Part shown: positions 35,145-44,461 of the stretch, one piece after another
How the letters are laid out: every line of letters starts with the position of its first letter
How positions within the stretch are numbered: the stretch's first letter is position 1
DNA from: Euryarchaeota archaeon UBA52
GTDB taxonomy: Archaea > Thermoplasmatota > Poseidoniia > Poseidoniales > Thalassarchaeaceae
Assembly (NCBI GenBank): GCA_002505455.1
Contig: DAVB01000055.1
Coordinates: forward strand, 11,710 to 75,709
Direction: 5' to 3'
DNA: 64,000 nt
The notes under the pieces: generated by a model
Database searches by the model: none
What the model was told of the DNA's origin: nothing
What the model saw: the letters and a program-made list of their open reading frames with translations, nothing else
Program-made: the position numbers and the translations under genes

Positions 35145-36803
35145 TCACATCCTGAAAACGCCATAGCGCTGATCGGGGAAGGGGGAGTTGAGGCTTGCAG
35201 AGATGCATAGGCCGAGTATGTCTCGCGTATCTCTCGGATCGATGACTCCGTCATCCCAAAGACGCGCTGTGGAGTAATACGGGCTCCCTTCAGTCTCATA
35301 CTTCTCCAGAATCGGTGATCTGAATTCATCTCTCTGCTCTTCGCTCATCGGTTCTTCTCCCTGTCTGGACCTCTGGTCTTCCTTCACTGTAGCAAGCACA
35401 TCAGCAGCCTGAGGGCCCCCCATGACCGATATACGCGCATTAGGCCACATAAACAGGAATCTTGGATCATAGGCACGGCCGCACATCCCGTAATTGCCTG
35501 CTCCGTGACTGCCTCCGATGATTATCGTGAATTTTGGGACGGGAACGCAGGAGACGGCGGTTACCAGTTTGGCGCCGTCCTTCGCTATGCCCCCGGCCTC
35601 TGCATCCCTACCGACCATGAATCCGGATATGTTCTGGAGGAATATGAGGGGGGTGCCCCTCTGACCGCACAATTCGACGAAGTGCGCACCCTTCAGAGAA
35701 GAGTCGGAGAACAAGATCCCGTTGTTTGCGACGATACCGACGGGGTAACCGTGGATATGCGCAAATCCACAGACAAGGGTGGTTCCATATCTTGGCTTGA
35801 ACTCGTGGAATCTCGAACCATCGACTATCCTCGCGATGACTTCCCTCACATCGAATGGAGTTCGATTGTCTTCGGGAATGATGCCAAGAAGGTCTTCTGC
35901 ATCATGGGCAGGGGGTTCGACGGGACGGGTGTCTAGACGCTTTTTTGGCTCTATATTGAGATGCTCCACGATATTCCTCACCATGTGGAGGGCCTCGTCC
36001 TCATCCTCGGCATAATGGTCAGCGACTCCGGATTCACGGGTGTGTAAGTCGGCTCCGCCCAGATTCTCGGAGCTGACTTCCTCGCCCGTAGCGGCTTTGA
36101 CGAGTGGCGGTCCAGCGAGAAAAATTGTTCCATTTCCCTTCACGATGATCGATTCGTCGCTCATTGCGGGGATGTACGCTCCTCCAGCGGTGCAAGAGCC
36201 GAGTACGGCTGCTATCTGGGGTATTCCTTTGCTTGAGAGAATGGCCTGATTGCGGAAAATTCGGCCGAAGTGGTCTCTGTCGGGAAATACTTCGTCCTGC
36301 ATGGGGAGGAATGCGCCGCCAGAATCGACCAAGTATATGCAGGGAAGGCCATTTGCCTCTGCGATCTCCTGCGCGCGAACGTGTTTCTTCACGGTCATCG
36401 GGTAATACGATCCGCCTTTCACAGTGGCATCATTAGCCACAAAAAGGCATTCTCGCTCGTTGACTACGCCTATCCCTGTGATGATGCCCGCCGAATATGC
36501 TCGGCCATCGTAGAGGCCGTCTGCGGCGAGGGAAGAGAGTTCGAGGAACGGGGTACCAGGGTCACATATCTCTGCTATTCGTTCTCTGGGCAGGCGCTTG
36601 CCCCTCCCCCTGTGGAGCGACACAGCACGTTCACTGCCGCCCTGCATGGCTGCATCGATTCTCTCACGAAGCTCCTGTATGAGGGCGGAATTGCGCTCAG
36701 AACGTGATATCCACGCCTCATCGCCGCGATTCACGCGCGTCCGCAGCTTTGTCATGCGACCTTGTGAGGGGGCTTGTGAACTTGAATGCCCCGAAGGATT
36801 CAC
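35145..36803 (-). CDS. Acyl-CoA carboxylase carboxyltransferase (beta) subunit, methylcrotonyl-CoA carboxylase beta-like
   Basis: Carboxyltransferase two-domain protein of 552 aa. The [13 protein letters not shown] motif closely matches MCCC2 (IFLQNITGFMVG), and a methylglutaconyl-CoA hydratase-like gene lies adjacent. Confidence 0.85.
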   Translation of the reverse strand: MNPSGHSSSQAPSQGRMTKLRTRVNRGDEAWISRSERNSALIQELRERIDAAMQGGSERAVSLHRGRGKRLPRERIAEICDPGTPFLELSSLAADGLYDGRAYSAGIITGIGVVNERECLFVANDATVKGGSYYPMTVKKHVRAQEIAEANGLPCIYLVDSGGAFLPMQDEVFPDRDHFGRIFRNQAILSSKGIPQIAAVLGSCTAGGAYIPAMSDESIIVKGNGTIFLAGPPLVKAATGEEVSSENLGGADLHTRESGVADHYAEDEDEALHMVRNIVEHLNIEPKKRLDTRPVEPPAHDAEDLLGIIPEDNRTPFDVREVIARIVDGSRFHEFKPRYGTTLVCGFAHIHGYPVGIVANNGILFSDSSLKGAHFVELCGQRGTPLIFLQNISGFMVGRDAEAGGIAKDGAKLVTAVSCVPVPKFTIIIGGSHGAGNYGMCGRAYDPRFLFMWPNARISVMGGPQAADVLATVKEDQRSRQGEEPMSEEQRDEFRSPILEKYETEGSPYYSTARLWDDGVIDPRDTRDILGLCISASLNSPFPDQRYGVFRM

Positions 36804-37070
36804 ACATCAGACCTCGTCTCGAAAGGCATGGTCGGCGATTCAGACGGTAAGCGGCAGTACACTGAAGACGACATAGGGATATTTGTGACGTTGGTTCGCG
36901 ACGATGGCACCTATGTGGAGGCTGAGATCGTGCGTGTTTTCTGTCCAGTGTGTGGCGAGGAGTTCATCGGCACCAAGCGTGATGCAGGTGGTTTCATAGC
37001 TGGCCATAGGGCCTATCATGAGCATGAAAATATGAGCGACTTGATTGCTGAGTCGATGGGCGGAGTCTGA
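36786..37070 (+). CDS. Small hypothetical protein with CxxC zinc-ribbon-like motif (CPVCGEEF)
   Basis: ORF divergent from mccB and convergent with the aminopeptidase gene. Only one CxxC pair is evident; may be spurious. Confidence 0.25.
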   Translation: MPRRIHTSDLVSKGMVGDSDGKRQYTEDDIGIFVTLVRDDGTYVEAEIVRVFCPVCGEEFIGTKRDAGGFIAGHRAYHEHENMSDLIAESMGGV

Positions 37071-37078
37071 CAATCTGG

Positions 37079-38338
37079 CTACTCGTATGCCCATTCTCCC
37101 TTTCGCATGACCGGGGTTCTGCTGCCATCTTTCGAGATTCCATCGATGTCGAGCTCTTCTGATCCAATCATCCAATCAACATGGATGTTGGACGTATTTC
37201 CGCCTGCTTTGGAGACTGATTCGGGATCATCCCCTATATCTCCTCTGAAGCACTTGGAATAACACTGGCCGAGTGCGATGTGGCATGATGCATTCTCATC
37301 GTATAGCGTATTGAAGAAAAGGAGGCCTGAGGCGCTTATTGGAGAGGAATGGGGGACAAGCGCGACTTCGCCGAGCCTTCTTGCGCCGTCATCCGTGTCA
37401 AGTAGCTTTAGGAATACTTCTTGCCCCTTTTCCGCTCTTGCTTCGATGATCTTTCCAGCCTCGAACCTCACCTCTATCCCATCGATGAGTGTCCCTCGGT
37501 ACACCAATGGTTTCGAGGCCCTCGCAGTACCCTCAACCCGATCTGAGTGAGGCGTTGTGAAGACTTCCTCAGTAGGGATATTCGGCGTGCATTCGATCCC
37601 GTTCTTGGCGGTGCTCGCCCCGCCCTTCCATGCATGCCCGTCTGCTAGACCTATGGTCAGATCAGTCCCAGGGGCTTTGTAGTGGAGAGAGTGGAAATCT
37701 TGCTCGTTCAGCCATTCTTGCCTTTTCGTTAGGATCTCCTGATGTGATTTCCAAGCAGCTATCGGATCCTCGTTATCAATCCTCGATATTGAGAATATGG
37801 CCTCAGCCAGAGCGGCGACGGCCTCGTCATCACCCATATCCGGGAAGACTTGCTTGGCCCATGCAAGACCGGGGTAGGACACTATGTTCCAATTGGTGGA
37901 GAAATTTGTGATTCGCTCCATAGCAGGTTTTGAAGCCAGAGACATCGACTTTCCGGCCCTCGCAACTCTGGAGGGGTCTTGTCCAGCGAGTAAGAGGGGG
38001 TTGGCTGCCGAAATAGCGAGTCTTGCGGTATTGTTGTCGAATGCCTCGGCCATGGCCCTGAACATCCAGTCTGGCGCTCTGTCCAGACTCTCGTCGGATG
38101 CGTTCTCATATCGAGCTAGGGCCAGATCGTCATCGGAGAGCATGGTTGTCACAATGCCTGCTCCATTTCTGTACGCCTCGGCTGCCAGCCTTCTGACGAG
38201 TGGGAGTGCTTCCACTGGTGCTGTAATGATTAGATCCTGTCCTGGTTGCAAGTTCAGGCCGACTCTTATCGAAACTTCAGCGAGACGGTCCAGCATCTCC
38301 GCTTCAAAGGGTAATTCGTCATCTGGGAGTACGTTCAT
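37079..38338 (-). CDS. M29 family aminopeptidase (aminopeptidase T/S-like)
   Basis: M29-like N-terminus MNVLPDDELPFEAEMLDRLAEVSIRVGLNLQPGQDL. Internal CTPNIPTEEVFTTPH motif (compare N-I-P-[ST]-G-E-V-F-T-x-P). 419 aa from the internal Met. The ORF track begins at 38512. Confidence 0.7.
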   Translation of the reverse strand: MNVLPDDELPFEAEMLDRLAEVSIRVGLNLQPGQDLIITAPVEALPLVRRLAAEAYRNGAGIVTTMLSDDDLALARYENASDESLDRAPDWMFRAMAEAFDNNTARLAISAANPLLLAGQDPSRVARAGKSMSLASKPAMERITNFSTNWNIVSYPGLAWAKQVFPDMGDDEAVAALAEAIFSISRIDNEDPIAAWKSHQEILTKRQEWLNEQDFHSLHYKAPGTDLTIGLADGHAWKGGASTAKNGIECTPNIPTEEVFTTPHSDRVEGTARASKPLVYRGTLIDGIEVRFEAGKIIEARAEKGQEVFLKLLDTDDGARRLGEVALVPHSSPISASGLLFFNTLYDENASCHIALGQCYSKCFRGDIGDDPESVSKAGGNTSNIHVDWMIGSEELDIDGISKDGSRTPVMRKGEWAYE

Positions 38339-38382
38339 GCTACTAGTTGACAGGATGTTGCGTTTGAATGTTTGAATTGGCC

Positions 38383-39735
38383 CTAAACGCCCAGAGTGAG
38401 CCTGAACACATTCCTGAGAGCGGGTGCCATACCCACGACCATCAGGCACAATGCGATGAGAACCCGGAGATGCTGCTGTCTGTATTCGAATACGGCTTGT
38501 GAATAAAACCAACAGATGACACCGGCAATACCGACTTTCAGTAGCGTGAATGTCAGGGAGGTATCCAGAAAGTCAGTAACCATTGAGCTAATTACGTGCT
38601 TCTCGGTGTATCCGAAGTAATCTATCCCAATCCAGGTAGCGATACCATCCCCTATCTGGCCACCGACTGGGAGGAATACTGCAGGGCTTGCAAGGACTGC
38701 TTTCTTCCTGAGCTCATCGACCTTTTCGCCCAAGGGGGTTTTTAATTCAAGATACTCGCTCTCTGTTACCCCTGGAGGGAGTACCCCTGGAATGTACCCA
38801 AGATTGAGTGATTCCTCAGCATCATCCTTGCCAAATGAATACAAAATATAGCAAACAAGGATTGGGACGCCGAATACGACTACTATCGGCCATGCGGTCA
38901 TCTCAGATGTTTCCCTACCTATGGCGAAGCCGGCGAGCATCCCGAAGAGCACGATTGATCCCCCCACTCCAGTGGAATACACAGTTCGCTGGATATGATC
39001 AAAGCGCTCCACATACGAGCCTGCGAGCCAGTAGGGAGCAGTGACTCCGAACATTGCAATGATGAGCATTACCTCTCGATCGTATGCCTCCGAGAGTATC
39101 TCGACATTGTCGCTGCTCAGGACGCTCATCCCATATATGGAGGCCTGCGCGGCTATGAGGAATGCAGAAAAATGCCTCGTGGCGGCATTCTTCTCAGCCT
39201 CTGTTTCAATTGTACCGTTTGACACCCGGTGGCCAATCAGGCCAGCGAGAACGACCCATGCTGCCGTCTGGAAATGAACTCCTGGGCTTACAAACCACGG
39301 AGCGAAGGAGTTACTGAAGAGTCCGGCATCTTCTATGACCTCCCCGAGAGGAGCCCACAAAACCCAGGGGAGAAGCGCGATGAGCATCGCATCAGAGCCA
39401 TCGATACCAGCAACCCTCAGGAGTCCCGATAATGATACTACAAATAACGCTAGACCGATTCCGTATGAGGCGGTGTTGACGTAGTTGTAACCGCTATCCC
39501 CACTTGATTCGTTTAGAATTGAATCAAGGAAATATGTGTACACTGCCTCAGATAGTGGATTCTCTACATCGAGGGTGTGCCCCGCTATACCGATGCCGAA
39601 TAGTAGCAGTACTACCAGCAAGATGCGTATTGCCCAGCGCTCGTAATCATAGAGGGTCTCGAGGGGGTTCACGGAGATTGCGAATCGTACCGTCTCCTTG
39701 AGGGCATCGGCGCGTGAGGTGTTTTTTTCCGTCAC
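38383..39735 (-). CDS. Hypothetical polytopic membrane protein (~10-12 TM)
   Basis: Long hydrophobic helices throughout. No recognisable catalytic motif. Confidence 0.4.
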   Translation of the reverse strand: MTEKNTSRADALKETVRFAISVNPLETLYDYERWAIRILLVVLLLFGIGIAGHTLDVENPLSEAVYTYFLDSILNESSGDSGYNYVNTASYGIGLALFVVSLSGLLRVAGIDGSDAMLIALLPWVLWAPLGEVIEDAGLFSNSFAPWFVSPGVHFQTAAWVVLAGLIGHRVSNGTIETEAEKNAATRHFSAFLIAAQASIYGMSVLSSDNVEILSEAYDREVMLIIAMFGVTAPYWLAGSYVERFDHIQRTVYSTGVGGSIVLFGMLAGFAIGRETSEMTAWPIVVVFGVPILVCYILYSFGKDDAEESLNLGYIPGVLPPGVTESEYLELKTPLGEKVDELRKKAVLASPAVFLPVGGQIGDGIATWIGIDYFGYTEKHVISSMVTDFLDTSLTFTLLKVGIAGVICWFYSQAVFEYRQQHLRVLIALCLMVVGMAPALRNVFRLTLGV

Positions 39736-40466
39736 TCTTCCGAGTATGTGACGCTCTCATCATCTTCTAAATCCACCATATCATCAATCTGTGATTGGTC
39801 CTCAAGATCTACTTGGGCATTTTTGAAACGGCGATTTCGTCGATTTCGAGCGTCTGAGAGGCCGGGTACCAGATCTTCGAAGCCAGACTGATCGTCGGCT
39901 TCTGACTCCCTTATCTGATAGCTTCCTAGGCTCCTGTCTTCTATACGTCGTCTCCTACCGTCTTTCTCCAGGCCCCTGATGACGGTGCTGTGTTCGGCGC
40001 CATCCAATAGTCCCTCTATCGCCGTACAGGCCATCATGAGTCCTGCCTCGTCTCCGATTACTACAACAGTTGAGCCGTGGATTGCAATCTCCGTACCCGT
40101 AAAGCTCTCTATCAGAGTCCTGATTTTACCATCTCTTCCAATCAATCTGCTCCTCATCCTTCGAGTATGGTTTCCTCGACGACCGACCCATTGCCTGATG
40201 TCATACATGCGCAAAAAGGTGTCGTCAGAGATCAGTCGGACAGCCCTAGAAGGGGCTAATCCCCTTCCTATGGCCCTGATTATGTCTGGTAGCTTGATTC
40301 TGTGAACCGGATCAGCGTCTTCGGGCCATGACGCGGAAACCTCTCCTGTTTCAGAATCGATGTGTAGCTTCACCCCAGCGGAGTCTTCGATCATTTTGCG
40401 AGTTGCTCCGCCCTTGCCGATGAGGACTGCAATTCGTTCCTTGGGGATCCTCGTAAGTGGCTCCAT
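39732..40466 (-). CDS. Two-KH-domain RNA-binding protein (archaeal Dim2/Pno1-like) with acidic C-terminal tail
   Basis: Two KH GxxG loops (VLIGKGGATRKMIE and LIGRDGKIRTLIE). C-terminal DLEDQSQIDDMVDLEDDESVTYSEE. Located immediately upstream of the rio1 gene. Confidence 0.7.
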   Translation of the reverse strand: MEPLTRIPKERIAVLIGKGGATRKMIEDSAGVKLHIDSETGEVSASWPEDADPVHRIKLPDIIRAIGRGLAPSRAVRLISDDTFLRMYDIRQWVGRRGNHTRRMRSRLIGRDGKIRTLIESFTGTEIAIHGSTVVVIGDEAGLMMACTAIEGLLDGAEHSTVIRGLEKDGRRRRIEDRSLGSYQIRESEADDQSGFEDLVPGLSDARNRRNRRFKNAQVDLEDQSQIDDMVDLEDDESVTYSEE

Positions 40467-40491
40467 GACAACTCAAACGATACGCCCTTCT

Positions 40492-41379
40492 TCAATCCAA
40501 TCCAGGAAGTGGTTCCAGATTTGGTGCTGGATCTTCAATCACCCTTAACACGGATTCCGCGGTGTCGACGGTCATTCCATTCCGATTGGCCCATTCAACC
40601 GTTCTAGTCACGTCTCTGACGAGGAATTCCTTGGAAGATGGATGCTGTTCAACCACTGCCTGACCGACATCAATTATCCAAGGCGTGCCTTCATGCCAAA
40701 GAACATTGAATTCGCTGAAGTCGGAATGTACCAGAGTGGCATTTTGCCATAATACTGCGATGTATGTGATTAGCTTCTCAAATACGTCCTCCACATCATC
40801 CACACTTACGTCCTTCAAACGCGGAGCGGGTGAGTTCTCATTCCCAACCAGATCCATAACTAGCACATTTCTGAGGTTTGCACGGGGCATCGGTACGGGA
40901 ATACCATGTTTCCTACAACGGCGGAGATTTCTCAATTCCTTTCTGACCCAGATATTTACGAGTTCTCTATGTCGTCTTTTCAGACCGCTGAAACGCGGAT
41001 CACCGTCGATATACTTGGAAAGGGATTTGAAAACGGCGTTGGTGGTGTGAAATATCTTTACTGCTGCTGGGCCGTTTGCTGTAGTTGCATGGAAGACATG
41101 TGCTTCCTTGCCTCTGGCAATTGGGAAATCCAGCGTTTCTATCTCTCCGCCCTGTATCAATTTATGCAAAGCGAGAAGTGTGCTTTGATCGAATACACTG
41201 TCGAAGACCCGTCTATCCGCCCATTCATATTCGCCCGTGCCGAGTACTCCTGATATTCGATCTTCAATGTCTCGAAAGAGTCGTTTGTAACGGGGCTCAT
41301 CCATCCATTGGTGTTGGGTCGCTGCTCTTTGAAGAGCGTCGAGATGGTTGTCCCACTCCTCATCTGGTTCGCCCGCCAT
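40492..41379 (-). CDS. rio1: RIO-type serine/threonine protein kinase (Rio1-like)
   Basis: RIO domain: ARGKEAHVFHATTANGPAAVKIFH (ATP-binding Lys), catalytic loop VHSDFSEFNVLW (compare HgDLSEYNIL) and metal-binding IDVGQAV. Confidence 0.85.
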   Translation of the reverse strand: MAGEPDEEWDNHLDALQRAATQHQWMDEPRYKRLFRDIEDRISGVLGTGEYEWADRRVFDSVFDQSTLLALHKLIQGGEIETLDFPIARGKEAHVFHATTANGPAAVKIFHTTNAVFKSLSKYIDGDPRFSGLKRRHRELVNIWVRKELRNLRRCRKHGIPVPMPRANLRNVLVMDLVGNENSPAPRLKDVSVDDVEDVFEKLITYIAVLWQNATLVHSDFSEFNVLWHEGTPWIIDVGQAVVEQHPSSKEFLVRDVTRTVEWANRNGMTVDTAESVLRVIEDPAPNLEPLPGLD

Positions 41380-42236
41380 TAGTCCGTCGCTCCGTTAAGA
41401 CCATCATCAAGGGTTCGCCATATCCAGAATCCTGCTGGGAAGCTGTACAACCCTACTGCAAGAGTCCATGATACCAGGGGTCCCCCCCATGGACCAAGAA
41501 TTGGGAAGAGCGGTATACACAAGAGAGCATAGATAGAGACCGAAGCAGAACCAAGCATCATTGGTCCTGTTGCCCCAACAGGGACCTCGGCCCCCTGGGA
41601 TATCCACAATGATACCATTGTGGTAAGGAAGATGGCGGGGAAAACCGATACCATTCCCGATATGAATGGAAGGCCTAGGCCGGCGATCCACACTGAAGCG
41701 GCTATTGCAGAACCAGCGGCGAGACCTCGTAAGAAAAGAGTGAATATGCCGACTTTGTTGATTCCTGGGGGCGCAGGCAGATTCGTCTTTACCGCGAAGA
41801 CGCCGATTATTACAGCAAAGGCTGTGGCGATTAGCCCAATCCTGCTGGGGCCTATATCATCAGATATCATCTCAACCACGAATGTCGATATCCATGCAAA
41901 TAGGGACCAAATGAAGATTGAAGTTATAGAAACCGCGAATACGAGATTTACACCACTCGTCTTAGTTCCCATCATTCTCGGAAGAATTCTCCATGAGCCT
42001 AGGAATGCGACATTGAGAAGCATGCCAATTGGTACCATCGACATTGCATGGCTGAAGGGTTCAATCCCGCTCACACCACCCCATATCCCTATGCTGGCCG
42101 GTACAATTGTAGTGGGCAGGGTGATTATCCCGCCTAAAGCGCCGCCACCCCTCTCAATTACCACAGTTGCAAGGATTGCGACCAATCCGGCGAATAGTGC
42201 CGGAAGGAGGATGGCAGACAATTCTAGAGAAGACAT
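41379..42236 (-). CDS. Hypothetical polytopic membrane protein (~8 TM)
   Basis: Gly/Ala/Ile-rich helices. No family motif. The stop overlaps the rio1 start. Confidence 0.4.
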   Translation of the reverse strand: MSSLELSAILLPALFAGLVAILATVVIERGGGALGGIITLPTTIVPASIGIWGGVSGIEPFSHAMSMVPIGMLLNVAFLGSWRILPRMMGTKTSGVNLVFAVSITSIFIWSLFAWISTFVVEMISDDIGPSRIGLIATAFAVIIGVFAVKTNLPAPPGINKVGIFTLFLRGLAAGSAIAASVWIAGLGLPFISGMVSVFPAIFLTTMVSLWISQGAEVPVGATGPMMLGSASVSIYALLCIPLFPILGPWGGPLVSWTLAVGLYSFPAGFWIWRTLDDGLNGATD

Positions 42237-42242
42237 GCGGCC

Positions 42243-42794
42243 TCATCCGAAGAAAGAGTCGATGTCATCTTCGTCACGAGTGGCGGGAGACGCTTGAGTT
42301 TGCTCAACTATTACTTCCTCTTCAACTTCAATCTCTTCTGGAGTTGCCTTCTCATCGATTTTCGATCGGTCTTCTGTTGGCTGATCATCATACCCCATAT
42401 CGCCCTCGTCCATCGCAGTTATGTCATCATCCGAATACCCGAATAGATCGACAATCTCTGGAAGAACTCCTTTCCTGGACAGGTAAATTGACTGAGTCTT
42501 GGTGTATCTGCTCCTAACGTCGGCTTTAGAGTCCTGAAAATCCCAAGGTTGAACGACGATTAGATCTCCTTCGCGCACCCATTGGCGTCTGCGCATCTTT
42601 CCAGGTATCCTCGCCAATCTTGATTCGCCATCTTCGCAGACTGCTGCGACCCTTCTTCCCCCCAATATTTGATCCGCTATTGCGAACATCTCGTTGATTT
42701 TCCTATTCGGCAATGGAACTCTGATTTTATCGCTCCCGCCTGATTCGAGACGAGCTAGTAGCTCGGAATCGACTCGTTCTGCGCGACGTGCCAT
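42243..42794 (-). CDS. eif1a: Translation initiation factor aIF-1A (eIF1A homolog) with ~70-aa acidic C-terminal extension
   Basis: OB-fold core GESRLARIPGKMRRRQWVREGDLIVVQPWDFQDSKADVRSRY matches the eIF1A/aIF-1A signature. Tail ends DEDDIDSFFG. Confidence 0.85.
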   Translation of the reverse strand: MARRAERVDSELLARLESGGSDKIRVPLPNRKINEMFAIADQILGGRRVAAVCEDGESRLARIPGKMRRRQWVREGDLIVVQPWDFQDSKADVRSRYTKTQSIYLSRKGVLPEIVDLFGYSDDDITAMDEGDMGYDDQPTEDRSKIDEKATPEEIEVEEEVIVEQTQASPATRDEDDIDSFFG

Positions 42795-42922
42795 GCTTTT
42801 GCGTCGAGGGTTGCCTATGTGAACCTAACACTAGTCATCGAGTCAAAAATGAATGACGTTCGAGTGTTCTGGATATCGCACGTAGTCTAGAAGAAATGGA
42901 TTGAAGGGATTGTTGAAATGTC

Positions 42923-43390
42923 TTGAATTGGTGGGCGAGTCGGGGCATCTGGTTGACCGTCTCATCTGATGATCCTAATGCGGATATACACGTGGTTGAT
43001 CTTGATGGGTCCTATCTGAGCAGGACTGCATGGTTCGTCCTTGGTTTTCTTTCAATGGTTGTAGGGCTCATCGGAATACCTGTCCCGGGACTTCCTACGA
43101 CGCCTCTGATGATTCTAGCTGCTGCGTGTTTCGCGAAATCGAGTCAGCGATTCTATGATTGGATTATCAACAACAGAATGTTTGGGGAGCATGTCAATAA
43201 TTACCGGGAAGGTAATGGAATTCCCAAGAGGAGTAAGCCGATTATCTTGGGAACGATGTGGATTTTTGTTCTATTCGCTGTTCTTATTGCAATACCAGAT
43301 AGTGCGCCTGAGATATCTAGGTATGCGACTCTTTTGTTAGCGGGCATAGGCACCATATTCATTCTAAGAATACCTAGTCTTGAATCATAG
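42923..43390 (+). CDS. DUF454 (YbaN-like) small inner-membrane protein
   Basis: VGLIGIPVPGLPTTPLMILAAACFAKSSQRFYDWIINNRMFGEH matches the DUF454 signature (LP..PTTPF.LLAA.CF.RSS.R...WL....FG). Confidence 0.6.
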   Translation: MNWWASRGIWLTVSSDDPNADIHVVDLDGSYLSRTAWFVLGFLSMVVGLIGIPVPGLPTTPLMILAAACFAKSSQRFYDWIINNRMFGEHVNNYREGNGIPKRSKPIILGTMWIFVLFAVLIAIPDSAPEISRYATLLLAGIGTIFILRIPSLES

Positions 43391-44399
43391 GATTCAGAAA
43401 CGCGTTTCTAACCAAGTTCTCAAGGCCGTCCAACCATCTTGGATTGTCATTCAGACAACTCACTACAGTCATTTCTTTCCCTCCGTTCTCGATAAAATGA
43501 TTGCGTACCTCGATATCCAGCTCTTCGAGAGTCTCTAGACCGTCCGCAACGAATGCAGGCGATACAATCACGAGATTGTCAACTTTCTTGGCTAGTGTCT
43601 CGACCATTGAGAGGGTAGATGGAGTAAGCCATCTGGTCGGTCCCAATTTACTCTGATAACTAATGGACCAATCTGAATCCGTTAAACCGAGTTTCTTGAC
43701 CACCGCCATCGTAGTCATGTTGCAATGATGAGCGTAACACATTGAGTTAGCACTGCTTTTGATCGAGCAGCAAGAGCCCTTAACCTGGCAATGTAATCCG
43801 GTCTTATCTGTTCTTTTGACATGTGAGACAGGCAGTCCATGGTATGAAAATAGTAAATGCGCGCCTTCGCTCATATGAGGTCGGATTGATTCGCTCAACG
43901 GATCAATGAAGGACGGATCATCCTCAAAATGAGCGAGTTGGAATATCTCGGGCTGCCACCCCATTTTTTCGAGCTGTCTGAAGGCCTCCTTGAGCGATGA
44001 TTCTGTAGTTGCCTGTGCATGATGTGGAAACAGGGGGGCTAGGAGCAGTTTTTCTACTCCCTTGGATTTCAATTTCTCCAGAGCGTCTCTGATACTTGGA
44101 TTTCCATATCTCATCCCTACTTCGCACTCTGCATCGGGCATTCTTGATCTCAATCCGTCAGCCATTCGCTCACTGTACACTCTCAGCGGAGATCCCTCTT
44201 TCATCCATATGCTAGAATAACTGGGTGCGATTTTTCTTGGTCTTACTCGAAGGATTATTCCCCGAACGAGGAGATGTCTCAGAGGAGCAGGGATGTCAAT
44301 CACATCCGGGTCAAGGAGGAACTGCCGGAGGTACTTTCTCACAGATTTAACAGAAGGCTCGTCGGGAGTCCCTATATTCATCAAGAGGATTCCGTTCAT
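43374..44399 (-). CDS. hemH: Ferrochelatase
   Basis: N-terminal GILLMNIGTPDEPSVKSVRKYLRQFLLDPDVIDIP and downstream conserved His/Glu regions. 341 aa. Confidence 0.9.
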   Translation of the reverse strand: MNGILLMNIGTPDEPSVKSVRKYLRQFLLDPDVIDIPAPLRHLLVRGIILRVRPRKIAPSYSSIWMKEGSPLRVYSERMADGLRSRMPDAECEVGMRYGNPSIRDALEKLKSKGVEKLLLAPLFPHHAQATTESSLKEAFRQLEKMGWQPEIFQLAHFEDDPSFIDPLSESIRPHMSEGAHLLFSYHGLPVSHVKRTDKTGLHCQVKGSCCSIKSSANSMCYAHHCNMTTMAVVKKLGLTDSDWSISYQSKLGPTRWLTPSTLSMVETLAKKVDNLVIVSPAFVADGLETLEELDIEVRNHFIENGGKEMTVVSCLNDNPRWLDGLENLVRNAFLNPMIQD

Positions 44400-44461
44400 T
44401 GTCTGTGGTCCCTCCTATCGATAAAATAATCTTGTTTTTAGAGAATATTTCTTCGCGATAC

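Noticed and set aside
35505-36707. Several 60-145-aa plus-strand ORFs antisense to the carboxyltransferase gene
   Set aside because: The carboxyltransferase frame is continuous over 552 aa with the diagnostic [12 protein letters not shown] motif. The antisense ORFs are low complexity.
44400-44461. Possible terminator/promoter element (attattttat, ggagg) between nuoN and hemH
   Set aside because: Only a short A/T tract and an SD-like GGAGG 12-16 nt upstream of the hemH ATG. This is plausible, but too little information to call a distinct feature with confidence.
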